Below are positions 46,777 to 56,226 of a stretch of DNA of 64,000 bases, piece by piece (the first letter of the stretch is position 1; each line of letters opens with the position of its first letter). The translations under genes were made by a program, and so were the position numbers. The stretch comes from Synechococcales cyanobacterium T60_A2020_003 (GTDB lineage Bacteria > Cyanobacteriota > Cyanobacteriia > RECH01), in contig JACYMB010000142.1 in the NCBI GenBank assembly GCA_015272205.1, positions 2,381-66,380 on the forward strand, in the 5' to 3' direction. Under the pieces are notes generated by a model. That model did no database searches. It saw only the letters and a program-made list of their open reading frames with translations, and was not told where the DNA came from.

Positions 46777-47604
46777 GTGAGACTGGTTACATTAGCCGAT
46801 ATGCAGAAGCTTTTGTTTGACGATCAAACCTCGGTTCGAGCCTACGCCTTATTCGTTGGCGAACGGCTCAACCTCAAAATGCTGGAGAATACTGAAACTC
46901 TGGCGATTATGCCCCTTGTGGTTCCAGTGGGTTCGCAGGGCTGTGCGGCGTTATTCAAATACGGAGCCGTTGTTCTGTTTGGATTACAGCCCGTTGAAGA
47001 GGCCGCATTTCTGACCCAACTTCAGGCGTTGATTGTCGATCCGTTTCCCTCCCCAGAAACGGAAGAAACCAGTCTTCACCTCGATGCATCGGGTAAGGGA
47101 CGAGTGGAACCCGATGGCATTTGGCTGCCTGAATTTAGCGTCGAGCATGTGCAAATCGTCTCGGTGATTTTGGCAAAAAGTGTGGTGCTCGCCCACTACG
47201 AGAACAGCACCGCAAAACTGTTTGATCGGATCGAGCCGTTTGCTGCCAAGCTCCAGCGCACGGCTAAGGACGAGCGACTCAGCAAGGAATTACTGACCCA
47301 GATCGGCACAAATTTGTTTATCCAGAACAAAATCGTAGGACGGGTCGAAATTATTGATAAGCCGGAAATGCTGTGGGATGCGCCAAATTTAGAGCGTCTG
47401 TTTCTGCGGCTGGAAGATGAGTATGAAATTCGTGAGCGTCATTTAGCCCTAGAACGCAAGCTGGAACTAATTTCACGCACTGCTGAAACTGCCCTAGACC
47501 TTCTCCAGCACAACTCAACCCTGCGGATGGAGTGGTACATTGTGCTGCTGATTGTCATTGAGATTTTACTATCCACCTATGATTTGTTCTTTAGCGGCGC
47601 TTGA
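46777..47604 (+). CDS. RMD1/DUF155-family protein
   Basis: Overall pattern and the single C-terminal TM helix (WYIVLLIVIEILLSTYDLFF) are typical of DUF155. The start is uncertain (GTG 46777 or ATG 46801). Confidence 0.6.
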   Translation: MRLVTLADMQKLLFDDQTSVRAYALFVGERLNLKMLENTETLAIMPLVVPVGSQGCAALFKYGAVVLFGLQPVEEAAFLTQLQALIVDPFPSPETEETSLHLDASGKGRVEPDGIWLPEFSVEHVQIVSVILAKSVVLAHYENSTAKLFDRIEPFAAKLQRTAKDERLSKELLTQIGTNLFIQNKIVGRVEIIDKPEMLWDAPNLERLFLRLEDEYEIRERHLALERKLELISRTAETALDLLQHNSTLRMEWYIVLLIVIEILLSTYDLFFSGA

Positions 47605-47728
47605 TGCCGATTCCCGATCGATAGCTTGAAGTCGATCGCCCCAACGGTCTATTGTTGTGATGACCTGCTAGAAGGTTTCCATGCCTTCAGTTTAGAGAAT
47701 CCCAACAGACAGTTAGGAGCTAGTCACT

Positions 47729-48178
47729 GTGGAACGCACATTTCTTGCAATTAAGCCCGACGGCGTCCAGCGCGGCCTGGTGGGCGAAATTATCAGCCGC
47801 TTTGAAACGAAAGGGTTCAACCTGGTTGGACTCAAAATGATGACGGTTAGCCGTGAGCTAGCCGAGCGTCATTACGATGTTCACAAAGACAAGCCATTTT
47901 TTGCAGGCTTGGTGGACTTCATTACCTCTGCCCCGGTGGTGGCAATGGTGTGGGAAGGGGATGGCGTAGTTGCCTCTGCCCGCAAAATCATTGGTGCTAC
48001 CAATCCTCTCAACGCCGAACCAGGAACGATTCGCGGAGATTTTGGGGTAAGCATCGGCCGCAACATCATCCACGGTTCAGATGCCATTGAAACGGCTCAG
48101 CGGGAAGTATCCCTATGGTTCAGCGATGGGGAACTGTCCAACTGGGATCCTACGATCAAGCCCTGGCTGTACGAATAG
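47729..48178 (+). CDS. ndk: Nucleoside diphosphate kinase
   Basis: [22 protein letters not shown] and NIIHGSD active-site motifs. GTG start. Confidence 0.95.
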   Translation: MERTFLAIKPDGVQRGLVGEIISRFETKGFNLVGLKMMTVSRELAERHYDVHKDKPFFAGLVDFITSAPVVAMVWEGDGVVASARKIIGATNPLNAEPGTIRGDFGVSIGRNIIHGSDAIETAQREVSLWFSDGELSNWDPTIKPWLYE

Positions 48179-48245
48179 GAAAGCATAGGGGTATGCGATC
48201 GCACCCCACAAATGAAAGCGCCTTACTCATTAGATTTAGATAATG

Positions 48246-48290
48246 ATACCCCCGTGAAGCTGTGCCTCGCGGGGGTATTGTTTCGTTGGT
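48246..48290. terminator. Hairpin between the convergent ndk and ycf39-like genes (possible bidirectional terminator)
   Basis: 9-bp perfect stem atacccccg/cgggggtat (48246-48254 and 48270-48278), followed by a T-rich tgtttcgttggtttt. Confidence 0.6.
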
Positions 48291-48294
48291 TTTG

Positions 48295-49275
48295 TTAGGC
48301 TTTCGGGGTTTTGAACGGTGTCTTCTTCTTTTTCTTGGCCTTTTCCTTTTCGTACTCTAGTTCCTTGAGCTTTTTAAGGATGCGACCAAAGTACTCTTGC
48401 ATGTAATCTTCCAGACGGGTGGTTTCCTCTGGGTCGATGCCAAACGTTGCGTAGGTTTCCTCCATGGATGCCGTCAATGGTTTCCCAGAGGCGATCACCT
48501 CGGCAAAGGCAAGGCGATCGGACACATTCCAGCCCCATTCAAAAAAGCTCGTAATTTTGCGAGTGGCGCGGAGTAAGCCCAACGGCATGCGGGAGATCTT
48601 TGCATCCCGACCCGATGACCGTTCACAAAGGCGAATAATTTCGTAGGCACTCCAAGCGCGGGGGCCAACGACGGGAAAGGTTTTCTTTTCGGTTTCGGGA
48701 ACTTCGAGGGCTTTGATGGCGAATTTAGCGATGTCCTGCGTATTCATATAGGCGATTGGAGCGGTGTCGCCCATGACCCAAACGGCCTGACGTTCCAGGA
48801 TGGGAATCGCATACTGACCGATCAGACCCTGCATGAATCCGCACGGTCTGAGGATGGTGTAATTCAGCCCTGACTCAGCCAGAAATTTCTCGGTGCAGTG
48901 CTTAATATTCATCAGCGGCACGTCCGGGTATTTCTCAGCATCCAGGATAGAGAAAAAGATAAACCGTTCGACGCCCGCTTCCACAGCGGCTTGGATGAGC
49001 GCTACCTTTCCTTCCCAGTCCACCTGATACATTCGTGCGGAGTCCGTAGCCCGGGTTGTAGCCGCGTCGATCACCGCTGTAATTCCCTCTAGCGCTCCAG
49101 GTAACGTTTCCGGCTCACGTAGATCGCCTAGCACCAGATCGGCACCCCATTCTTTAAGAAATGCAGCTTTCTTGGGACTCCGCACCAAGCAGCGAACCTT
49201 GTATCCTTCGTCCAGTGCGCGGCGAGTTACCTGCCTCCCTAGCGTACCAGTAGCACCAACAACCAATAGAGTCAT
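48295..49275 (-). CDS. ycf39: NmrA-like atypical SDR, Ycf39/HCF244-like
   Basis: Rossmann motif VVGATGTLGRQV and the N-terminal pattern RRALDEGY.VRCLVR....A.FLKEWGA are typical of Ycf39. There is a Lys-rich C-terminal tail. Start placed at the ATG at 49275. Confidence 0.65.
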   Translation of the reverse strand: MTLLVVGATGTLGRQVTRRALDEGYKVRCLVRSPKKAAFLKEWGADLVLGDLREPETLPGALEGITAVIDAATTRATDSARMYQVDWEGKVALIQAAVEAGVERFIFFSILDAEKYPDVPLMNIKHCTEKFLAESGLNYTILRPCGFMQGLIGQYAIPILERQAVWVMGDTAPIAYMNTQDIAKFAIKALEVPETEKKTFPVVGPRAWSAYEIIRLCERSSGRDAKISRMPLGLLRATRKITSFFEWGWNVSDRLAFAEVIASGKPLTASMEETYATFGIDPEETTRLEDYMQEYFGRILKKLKELEYEKEKAKKKKKTPFKTPKA

Positions 49276-49420
49276 GAGGGTATATGGGAATTTCGATAAC
49301 AAAACTTTAACTTTTTCTAAGATACCACTCAGAATGAGGTAGTTTCCTGAAAGGTGATCTATAGGAAGGGCGTTAAGGCAGAAGCGGCGATCGCCCCCTC
49401 TAATCGCCTATAGACTCGCT

Positions 49421-51175
49421 CTAATCCGCGCTAAGAATATTTAAAATACACTGGGTTTCCAGTAGGGCAAGGCGATCGCTCTCCAGGAGGGTACAGGTTG
49501 GCACTACGGTTTGCAGGACGGGCAGTTGCCCCGCGTCGAGGGTGGCGATCGCATCCTCGGCGGCAGGCTGATATTGTTGCAGCCAGGGATTGTTCTGCAG
49601 ATATTTCGGATTAAAGGCGGACGATCGCACCAGCCAGAAATCGATGCCGTACTCTTCGATGAGCGATCGCACCTGACTTGGCTCCAAACTGTACTGAGCC
49701 TGAATCAGATCACTCGTTCGCTTGCGAATTTCTGTGTAGTAGCCCACGTGATAGGGAAGGGCGTACTCATCTCCGGTGAGAATCGGTCGCTGGGCAAAGG
49801 TCGGTAGGTTATTGGCTTCGTTATCCAGGGAGGCGATTAAGGTATCGGGAGGCTGCGATCGCAGGTAGCGGTAGAGGGTGGCTTCCGTACCGATTTCGTA
49901 GCGGGGAATGGGGAACTCAGCAACAAAGGCAGGATAGAACACCAGGAGCGCTGATAGGAGTCCGGTTCCGGCGATCGCCGCCGTTGTCTTGAGGGGCGAT
50001 CGCTGCGCCACATCCGTAGAACCATTCGACTCAGCGGGCGATCCGGGAAAAGCCCACTGGATAAGGGCATCCATCACCACAGTAATGACAATGCCAGCAC
50101 TGATAGTTAGCAAGACTCGCAGGCTATGTTCGGTGTAGCGGCTGGGTAAATGCAGCTTGAACAGCAGCAGATGCGCCAGGGCAAACAGCCCCAGGGAGGT
50201 GATCAGCAGTTGGGGCAGGAGGACGACGTTCCGGGTTAGGGCACGGACGAGGGGTAGACGAGCTGGGAACCGGATACAGAGAGGCAGCAGCAGTCCCAGG
50301 GCGTTTGTAGCGGGAGTCAGAATCGACTCAAGGCGGAGTCCGCCCCGGCCTTTGGTCCAAAAGCTCCAGGGATTCGCATCGTCAAAAAAGGCCGATCGTC
50401 CACCGGGCAAGAACTCTGGCATCCGTCGCGCTGCCTCTGCCGTGACCACAGGGCCAAAGGGATTGGGCAATACGACGTAGGGCAACAGGACGACGAACGC
50501 GGCGACCAGTCCCGTAATGCACACTTGGCGATCGCGCCCATCGGTTACAATTTTGAGCCGTCCCCGATCCCACATCCCCAGGCGTAGCACCAGCACCCCC
50601 GCCCCCACCAGCATCACCTGGGGGTAGAACAAACCCAGAAGTCCTAGAGAAATAGCGCAAGGGAGGGGCGATCGCCGCAGGAGATAGTACAGAAATGCCA
50701 AAAACAGCGGATAAATGAAGGCCTTAGGCGTTGCCGAGAAGATGGCATCCGTCATGGCTAATGCCTGACTCAGCAACACCGACGCGCAGAATCCGGCAAC
50801 CGGAACAGGCAGGATTTGAATCGTTACCCCAAAGCACAACGCTGCCGTGATCAGGCTCAGAATGGGCGGCAAAATTTTACTGAATAGCAGCGGGTCAATA
50901 CCAACCAGAGCCGCACCATGGTAAAGCCACTGATATCCCCAGGGCGCAACACTCTGAAAGTAGTCGGCAATCCAGTCGTTCGGAAACAGCGTGGAATCCA
51001 TAAACCGCTGCATCCAAAAGACGTGCTGGCGGGCGTCGTCCTGAACCACAAAGTCGCTGCTAAACGCGATTCGCAAGGCCAGAAAACTATAGATAGCGGC
51101 AAAGGTGAGGCTGAGACTGAGCCAAAATACTGTTTGCGATCGCGATCGCAGGGGTCGAAATACAGAATGAACCAC
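49421..51175 (-). CDS. Large polytopic membrane protein with a C-terminal soluble domain, function unknown
   Basis: 584-aa ORF with about 10 or more hydrophobic segments. The first loop contains VVQDDARQHVFWMQRF. GTG start. Confidence 0.6.
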   Translation of the reverse strand: MVHSVFRPLRSRSQTVFWLSLSLTFAAIYSFLALRIAFSSDFVVQDDARQHVFWMQRFMDSTLFPNDWIADYFQSVAPWGYQWLYHGAALVGIDPLLFSKILPPILSLITAALCFGVTIQILPVPVAGFCASVLLSQALAMTDAIFSATPKAFIYPLFLAFLYYLLRRSPLPCAISLGLLGLFYPQVMLVGAGVLVLRLGMWDRGRLKIVTDGRDRQVCITGLVAAFVVLLPYVVLPNPFGPVVTAEAARRMPEFLPGGRSAFFDDANPWSFWTKGRGGLRLESILTPATNALGLLLPLCIRFPARLPLVRALTRNVVLLPQLLITSLGLFALAHLLLFKLHLPSRYTEHSLRVLLTISAGIVITVVMDALIQWAFPGSPAESNGSTDVAQRSPLKTTAAIAGTGLLSALLVFYPAFVAEFPIPRYEIGTEATLYRYLRSQPPDTLIASLDNEANNLPTFAQRPILTGDEYALPYHVGYYTEIRKRTSDLIQAQYSLEPSQVRSLIEEYGIDFWLVRSSAFNPKYLQNNPWLQQYQPAAEDAIATLDAGQLPVLQTVVPTCTLLESDRLALLETQCILNILSAD

Positions 51176-51357
51176 GGCAAAGTCTAGAAACAGTGGGGAT
51201 CAAGTCCCATTAAACCGTGCTTGTGCCTCCGGTGGACATTACACACCTTTACAGGCCGATCTGTGCAAAGCAGGCGATAACACACTAATCTAATAAAGAG
51301 GCCGAATTCATGCCGTTCTCGCTGAGAGATGCTGAACGCGGCTAACTTTGTATCCCG

Positions 51358-52326
51358 ATGCAGCACACGGGTTGCATCTCTCTAGAGTTTTGGAAGTGGA
51401 CGCTGAGTGTGCCGAACGTAGGCATTATTTATAACGACATTAAACCGATTGCCTGTCGAGTCGCTGACGAGCTTAAGCAAACGTTCAGCCAGCACGGGTA
51501 TACCGTTCATACTGCGACTGGGGTGGGTGGCATTTTGGGCTATTCCAGCCCAGAGCGACCCGTTTGTCATACCCCGATTGATAAACTCGTGCCGCCAGAG
51601 TTTGATGAAACGATGGAGTTTGCGGTGGTTCTGGGTGGCGACGGCACAGTGCTGTCTGCCTTCCGTCAGATTGCCCCGTGCCAAATTCCGCTCCTGGCTA
51701 TCAATACTGGACATATGGGGTTCTTAACGGAAACCTATCTGAATCAATTGCCCCAAGCGATAGATGCCCTGAAACGTGGAGAGTACTCCATTGAAGAACG
51801 GGTGATGATCACTGTTCAAGTCTTCCGCGACGGCTACCTGATCTGGGAGGCACTGTGCCTGAACGAGATGGTGATTCATCGCGAACCGTTGACCAGCATG
51901 TGCCATTTCGAGATTGAAATTGGTCAACATGCTCCGGTGGATGTGGCAGCGGATGGGGTGATCATTGCCACGCCTACGGGTTCTACAGCCTATGCCCTCT
52001 CCGCAGGTGGCCCGGTGATTACCCCCGGCGTTCCCGTTTTACAACTAATTCCCATTTGTCCCCATTCCCTAGCCTCCCGTGCGCTGGTCTTCTCAGACGA
52101 GGAGCCTGTGACGATCTTTGCCGCCAATCCTGATCGCCTGGTGATGGTGGTCGATGGCAATGCCGGATGCTATGTGTTGCCGGAAGATCGGGTGCAGATT
52201 TATCGATCGCCCTACCGTGCCAAGTTCATTCGCCTGCGCCCACCGGAATTTTTCCATGTGTTGCGGGAAAAACTGGGCTGGGGCTTGCCCCACATCGCTA
52301 AGCCAACCTCGGTGGAGTTGCCCTAA
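51358..52326 (+). CDS. nadK: NAD kinase
   Basis: [13 protein letters not shown] and [16 protein letters not shown] motifs. The exact start is uncertain. Confidence 0.85.
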   Translation: MQHTGCISLEFWKWTLSVPNVGIIYNDIKPIACRVADELKQTFSQHGYTVHTATGVGGILGYSSPERPVCHTPIDKLVPPEFDETMEFAVVLGGDGTVLSAFRQIAPCQIPLLAINTGHMGFLTETYLNQLPQAIDALKRGEYSIEERVMITVQVFRDGYLIWEALCLNEMVIHREPLTSMCHFEIEIGQHAPVDVAADGVIIATPTGSTAYALSAGGPVITPGVPVLQLIPICPHSLASRALVFSDEEPVTIFAANPDRLVMVVDGNAGCYVLPEDRVQIYRSPYRAKFIRLRPPEFFHVLREKLGWGLPHIAKPTSVELP

Positions 52327-52329
52327 ACG

Positions 52330-53115
52330 TTAACGCTGGGTTCGCTGTCGGCGTGCTTCGTACAGAATTAAGGCCGTGGCGATCGCCGCATTTAAGGATT
52401 CCACTCCCGGAGCCAGCGGGATTTGCACCTGCTCATCGGCAAGTTGGGCTAATTCAGGGGACAGTCCGGCTCCCTCATTGCCAATCAAAATCAGCGTGGG
52501 TTGAGTGAAGTCCAACTCCCAATAGGTCTTGGAGGCCGTCGGTAACGTTGCGACAATCTGCATCCCCTCGGCTTGCCGTTCCTGCACATCCGCCACGAGA
52601 TCGGAACTTACCATCATGGGCAAGCGAAACCACTGCCCTGCCGAGGCTCGCAACACCTTGGGATGATCTAAATCCACACTGTCGGGACTGATCCACAGGC
52701 CATCTACCCCGGCGGCGGCGGCGGTGCGGATAATGGTTCCGACGTTCCCCGGATCCTGCAACGACTCGATCGCCAATCCTAGGGAAACATCCACCGGAAC
52801 CGACTCATGCAGGCGATCGCGCCCAGCCGTGGCAACCACACCATCGGGCGTAACCGTAGTGGCGATCGCCGCAATAATCTCTGGACTCACCACCTCTACC
52901 CGCTCAGCAGCGGCGGCGGCTTGCTGGCAGAGGTCGGGATACCGCGTTTGCCATGCCTCCGTAAAACAGAGGACGCTGAGGGGAAGGTGGGCAGCACAAG
53001 CTTCCTCAACGAGGTGGGTTCCTTCTAAAAGAAAGACCTGTTGACGATGACGCTCCTTGGTTTGGTGGAGCTTGCGAAGCTGTTTAACCAGCGGATTTTG
53101 CAGACTCGTGAGCAT
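52330..53115 (-). CDS. TrmH/SpoU-family RNA 2'-O-methyltransferase
   Basis: SPOUT motifs DPGNVGTIIRTAAA, LIGNEGAGLS and IPL...ESLNAAIA. Confidence 0.8.
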   Translation of the reverse strand: MLTSLQNPLVKQLRKLHQTKERHRQQVFLLEGTHLVEEACAAHLPLSVLCFTEAWQTRYPDLCQQAAAAAERVEVVSPEIIAAIATTVTPDGVVATAGRDRLHESVPVDVSLGLAIESLQDPGNVGTIIRTAAAAGVDGLWISPDSVDLDHPKVLRASAGQWFRLPMMVSSDLVADVQERQAEGMQIVATLPTASKTYWELDFTQPTLILIGNEGAGLSPELAQLADEQVQIPLAPGVESLNAAIATALILYEARRQRTQR

Positions 53116-53120
53116 AGGGG

Positions 53121-54794
53121 TTAGGACGTTAGGGCCGCCTTGGCCTGGTGTTGCAGCATCAGACCATACTCCAAGCCTTCCACGATCGCCTGGTAGGATG
53201 CCTCGATGATGTTGGTGGATACGCCCACCGTCGTCCAGCGCTGATAGCCGTTGCTGGATTCGATCAAGACTCTGGGCTTAGCGCTGGTTCCCGCCCCCCC
53301 GTCTAAAATCCGCACTTTGTAGTCCGTGAGGTGGAACTCGGCAATTTCAGGGTAAAAATTCGTTAACGCCTTCCGCAGTGCCGCATCCAAGGCTGAAACC
53401 GGGCCATTGCCTTCCGCCGCTTCCAGAATTTCCTGGTCGTTAACGGTGACTTTGATCGTGGCGAGGGAACGACTGTTCCAAACGTCAGCATCCGGCTTCA
53501 TGTCGCAATGCACCTGGAACCCTTCCACCCCGAAGAAATGGGGACGTTGCCCCAGCGCTTCCCGCATCATCAGTTCAAAACTGGCCTCGGCAGCTTCAAA
53601 TTGGTATCCCTCATTTTCCAGCTCTTTGAGACGCTGCAAAAGCTGACGACAGGTGGGATCTTGCTTATCCAGGTCAATGCCAAAACTGCGGGCTTTCGCT
53701 AACACGTTGCTGAGTCCGGCTTGATCGGAAATGACAATGCGCCGACGGTTGCCCACCTGCTCCGGACGGATGTGTTCGTAGGTGAGAGGGTTCCGCTCAA
53801 CGGCACTGACATGGATGCCGCCCTTATGGGCAAAGGCAGAGAGGCCGACAAACGGGGCATGGTCATCCGGCGCAAGGTTTGCAATTTCGCTAATTAGACG
53901 GCTGGAATCGGTGAGTTGACCCAGTTGGTCTGACTGGATGCATTGATAGCCTAGCTTCAGTTGCAGGTTCGGAATCAAGGTGCAGAGGTTGGCATTACCG
54001 CAACGCTCGCCATAGCCGTTAATCGTGCCCTGAACCATGCGTGCCCCTTCCATCACCGCCGCGATCGCATTCGCCACCGCTGTTCCCGAATCATTGTGGG
54101 TGTGGATGCCTAATTGGGGCGAGGCTAGTGGCTCTAGGGTGGGTAAGGTTCCGCCTTCAACGGGTTGAATACCCAGAGTCTGCACCACATCCCGCACGAT
54201 CGCCTGTACCTCGTGGGGCAAGGTTCCGCCATTGGTATCGCACAAAACCAGCCACTCTGCGCCGCCTGCGATCGCCGCTTTCAGGGTGTCCAGGGCATAG
54301 TCTGGATTAGCCTCATACCCATCAAACCAATGTTCGGCATCGTAGATGACGCGGCGATCGTTCTGCCGGAAGAAGGCCACCGAATCGCGGATCATCGCCA
54401 GATTTTCCTCTAGGGTGGTTTTTAGACCTTCCGTAACGTGTAAATCCCAGGACTTGCCAAACATCGTCACCCAATGGGTTCCCGCTGCTAGGATCGACTG
54501 CAACAGCGTATCCTCCTCCGCAGATTTCCCCGGACGACGAGTGGAGCAAAAGGCGACGACATTGGCCTGGGTCAGAGGTTCTTCCTGAAGCCGCCAAAAG
54601 AACTGGACATCCTTAGGATTCGCTCCTGGCCATCCCCCTTCAATTAACGGAATTCCTAACCGATCGAGCTGGTGAGCAATCCGCATTTTGTCATCAATGG
54701 AAAGGGATAAGCCTTCTCGCTGTGCGCCATCGCGAAGCGTCGTGTCGTAGATCCAGATGGGAGTTTGCCGTCGGGTGGTTGTCTCGGAGGTCAT
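53121..54794 (-). CDS. cimA: (R)-citramalate synthase
   Basis: YDTTLRDGAQREGLSLS..DK..IA..LD.LGI..IEGGWPGANPKDVQFF is the CimA-type N-terminus. HTHND motif and a C-terminal LeuA-dimer-like domain. Confidence 0.75.
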   Translation of the reverse strand: MTSETTTRRQTPIWIYDTTLRDGAQREGLSLSIDDKMRIAHQLDRLGIPLIEGGWPGANPKDVQFFWRLQEEPLTQANVVAFCSTRRPGKSAEEDTLLQSILAAGTHWVTMFGKSWDLHVTEGLKTTLEENLAMIRDSVAFFRQNDRRVIYDAEHWFDGYEANPDYALDTLKAAIAGGAEWLVLCDTNGGTLPHEVQAIVRDVVQTLGIQPVEGGTLPTLEPLASPQLGIHTHNDSGTAVANAIAAVMEGARMVQGTINGYGERCGNANLCTLIPNLQLKLGYQCIQSDQLGQLTDSSRLISEIANLAPDDHAPFVGLSAFAHKGGIHVSAVERNPLTYEHIRPEQVGNRRRIVISDQAGLSNVLAKARSFGIDLDKQDPTCRQLLQRLKELENEGYQFEAAEASFELMMREALGQRPHFFGVEGFQVHCDMKPDADVWNSRSLATIKVTVNDQEILEAAEGNGPVSALDAALRKALTNFYPEIAEFHLTDYKVRILDGGAGTSAKPRVLIESSNGYQRWTTVGVSTNIIEASYQAIVEGLEYGLMLQHQAKAALTS

Positions 54795-54890
54795 GGGTTC
54801 AGAAAAGTCAGTCCTGGGAATATCGGTTCAAAACGAAATAGCTGAGTCGTCAGCGCTGATCCACCAAAAACGAAATCTTAAAATATCAAG

Positions 54891-55259
54891 GTGTATACCA
54901 TTTACCCACCAGAGTATATGCCGATCATTAAAGCGCAAGGTCAAACGTTTGAGTGCGCATCGAATACTAACTTGAGAACCGCACTGCTTCAGCAGGGAAT
55001 TGCCCTTCATAACGGTCAATCGGCTCTGATTAACTGCCGAGGGTTGGGAACCTGTGGTACCTGTGCGGTGGAGATTGATGGTGATGTGTCAGAAACCAAC
55101 TGGCGCGATCGCACCCGGCGATCGCTTCCTCCCCATTCTCTCACGCAAAATCGTCGCTTAGCATGTCAAACCCGCGTCTTGGGTGATGTGAAGGTAACAA
55201 AGTACGACGGCTTTTGGGGACAGGGCGACACTCCAGTTTGGACACCTGACCCTGAATAG
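54891..55259 (+). CDS. 2Fe-2S ferredoxin-like protein
   Basis: Cys pattern C(RGLGT)C(GT)C...C (INCRGLGTCGTCAV ... LACQT). The start may be the internal ATG at 54918. Confidence 0.7.
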   Translation: MYTIYPPEYMPIIKAQGQTFECASNTNLRTALLQQGIALHNGQSALINCRGLGTCGTCAVEIDGDVSETNWRDRTRRSLPPHSLTQNRRLACQTRVLGDVKVTKYDGFWGQGDTPVWTPDPE

Positions 55260-55328
55260 CAACGCTAAATGTGGCAAGGCATTAAAATGTATTTGCTAAA
55301 CTTGATCGCTATACTACGCGTTGTAGTG

Positions 55329-55652
55329 CTAAATATATCGAAGATCTTGCATCTCATCTAAAGTGATTTGATTTAGAATCGCAAGCAATCGTTGTGTAAT
55401 CTCTTGGGGAGGGCGACGAACAGCAAAAATCACGCCGTAGTGTGTTTGTCCTGAATTAAAGTAACGTTGCACAAGTTCCTCAAAGTCAGTTCGATTGTGA
55501 GTGACCAGAGTTCTTGATTGGCTTACAGCGTAAGCAAGTTGTTCCGCGTCAGTTGAATGAAGTTGTCCTGCATCGCGTGCAGTGATGACATCAAAGCCTC
55601 TTGCTCGAAGTAAGTCAGCTATCAAAACGTTGACATCTTCATCAAGGTACAA
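55329..55652 (-). CDS. DUF5615 (PIN-like, Mut7-C-type) putative toxin
   Basis: (M)YLDEDVNV...G.DV....D.G....D.E.L..A....R.LVTHN..DF pattern. TTG start, 21 nt after the DUF433 stop. Confidence 0.7.
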   Translation of the reverse strand: MYLDEDVNVLIADLLRARGFDVITARDAGQLHSTDAEQLAYAVSQSRTLVTHNRTDFEELVQRYFNSGQTHYGVIFAVRRPPQEITQRLLAILNQITLDEMQDLRYI

Positions 55653-55673
55653 ACAAACAAATAAATAAGCGGC

Positions 55674-55955
55674 TCACAAGGCTCTAACCAATGGATCTAT
55701 TAACTCATCAGGAATACGGTTTCGCTCTATATGGTCGTTAATTTCCGTTTGATGGTCACTGTAATACGTTAACGCTCCAAATACTTGTCCTAGGGTCAGA
55801 TGAGGCATCCCTTTGGGAATTTCTTCAGGTGCAACACCCATTCGCCAAGTCTCAACAATGGCTCTGACAGGTGTACGAGTTCCTCGGATGATAGGTTCTC
55901 CATGTAGAATCTCATCATCTCGCACAACATAAAGATATTCTGTCGTTTGAACCAT
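55674..55955 (-). CDS. DUF433 putative antitoxin
   Basis: The pattern ...ILHGEPIIRGTRTPVRAIVE....G..PEEI....P.LTL.QV..AL.YY is typical of DUF433. Confidence 0.75.
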   Translation of the reverse strand: MVQTTEYLYVVRDDEILHGEPIIRGTRTPVRAIVETWRMGVAPEEIPKGMPHLTLGQVFGALTYYSDHQTEINDHIERNRIPDELIDPLVRAL

Positions 55956-56100
55956 TTTCCCCTCCCAGACTGATTATCTTATTATCGCCCATGCTAGTAG
56001 TCCCCTATGCAAGGCAGCATAATACCCTCAACACAGCGGACGGATGCAAGCCACTGGTGCTAAGTTCAAGGTTATCTGCCGCTGCTGGATGGGAACGATA

Positions 56101-56168
56101 GTTGTACGGGCGGGTTTAGCCGATAGTCCTTGCCTTATACCGGGGAGTAATTGCGAAACCCACCCCAG
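56101..56168. repeat. Hairpin repeat, family B, copy 2
   Basis: gttgtacgggcgggttta...gcgaaacccacccc. The ends match the reverse complement of 9072-9138. Confidence 0.55.
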
Positions 56169-56226
56169 CCCACCGGATGAATGATTTGGATTTGATATCA
56201 AACCCTACTCTTAGGAGGCGATCGCA

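Noticed and set aside
54795-54890. Searched the divergent cimA / ferredoxin-like promoter region for an NtcA site (GTA-N8-TAC), and the ssb upstream region (60113-60200) for a cyanobacterial LexA box.
   Set aside because: Only partial matches were present (for example gtataccatttac lacks the TAC half-site at the right spacing), so nothing is reportable.
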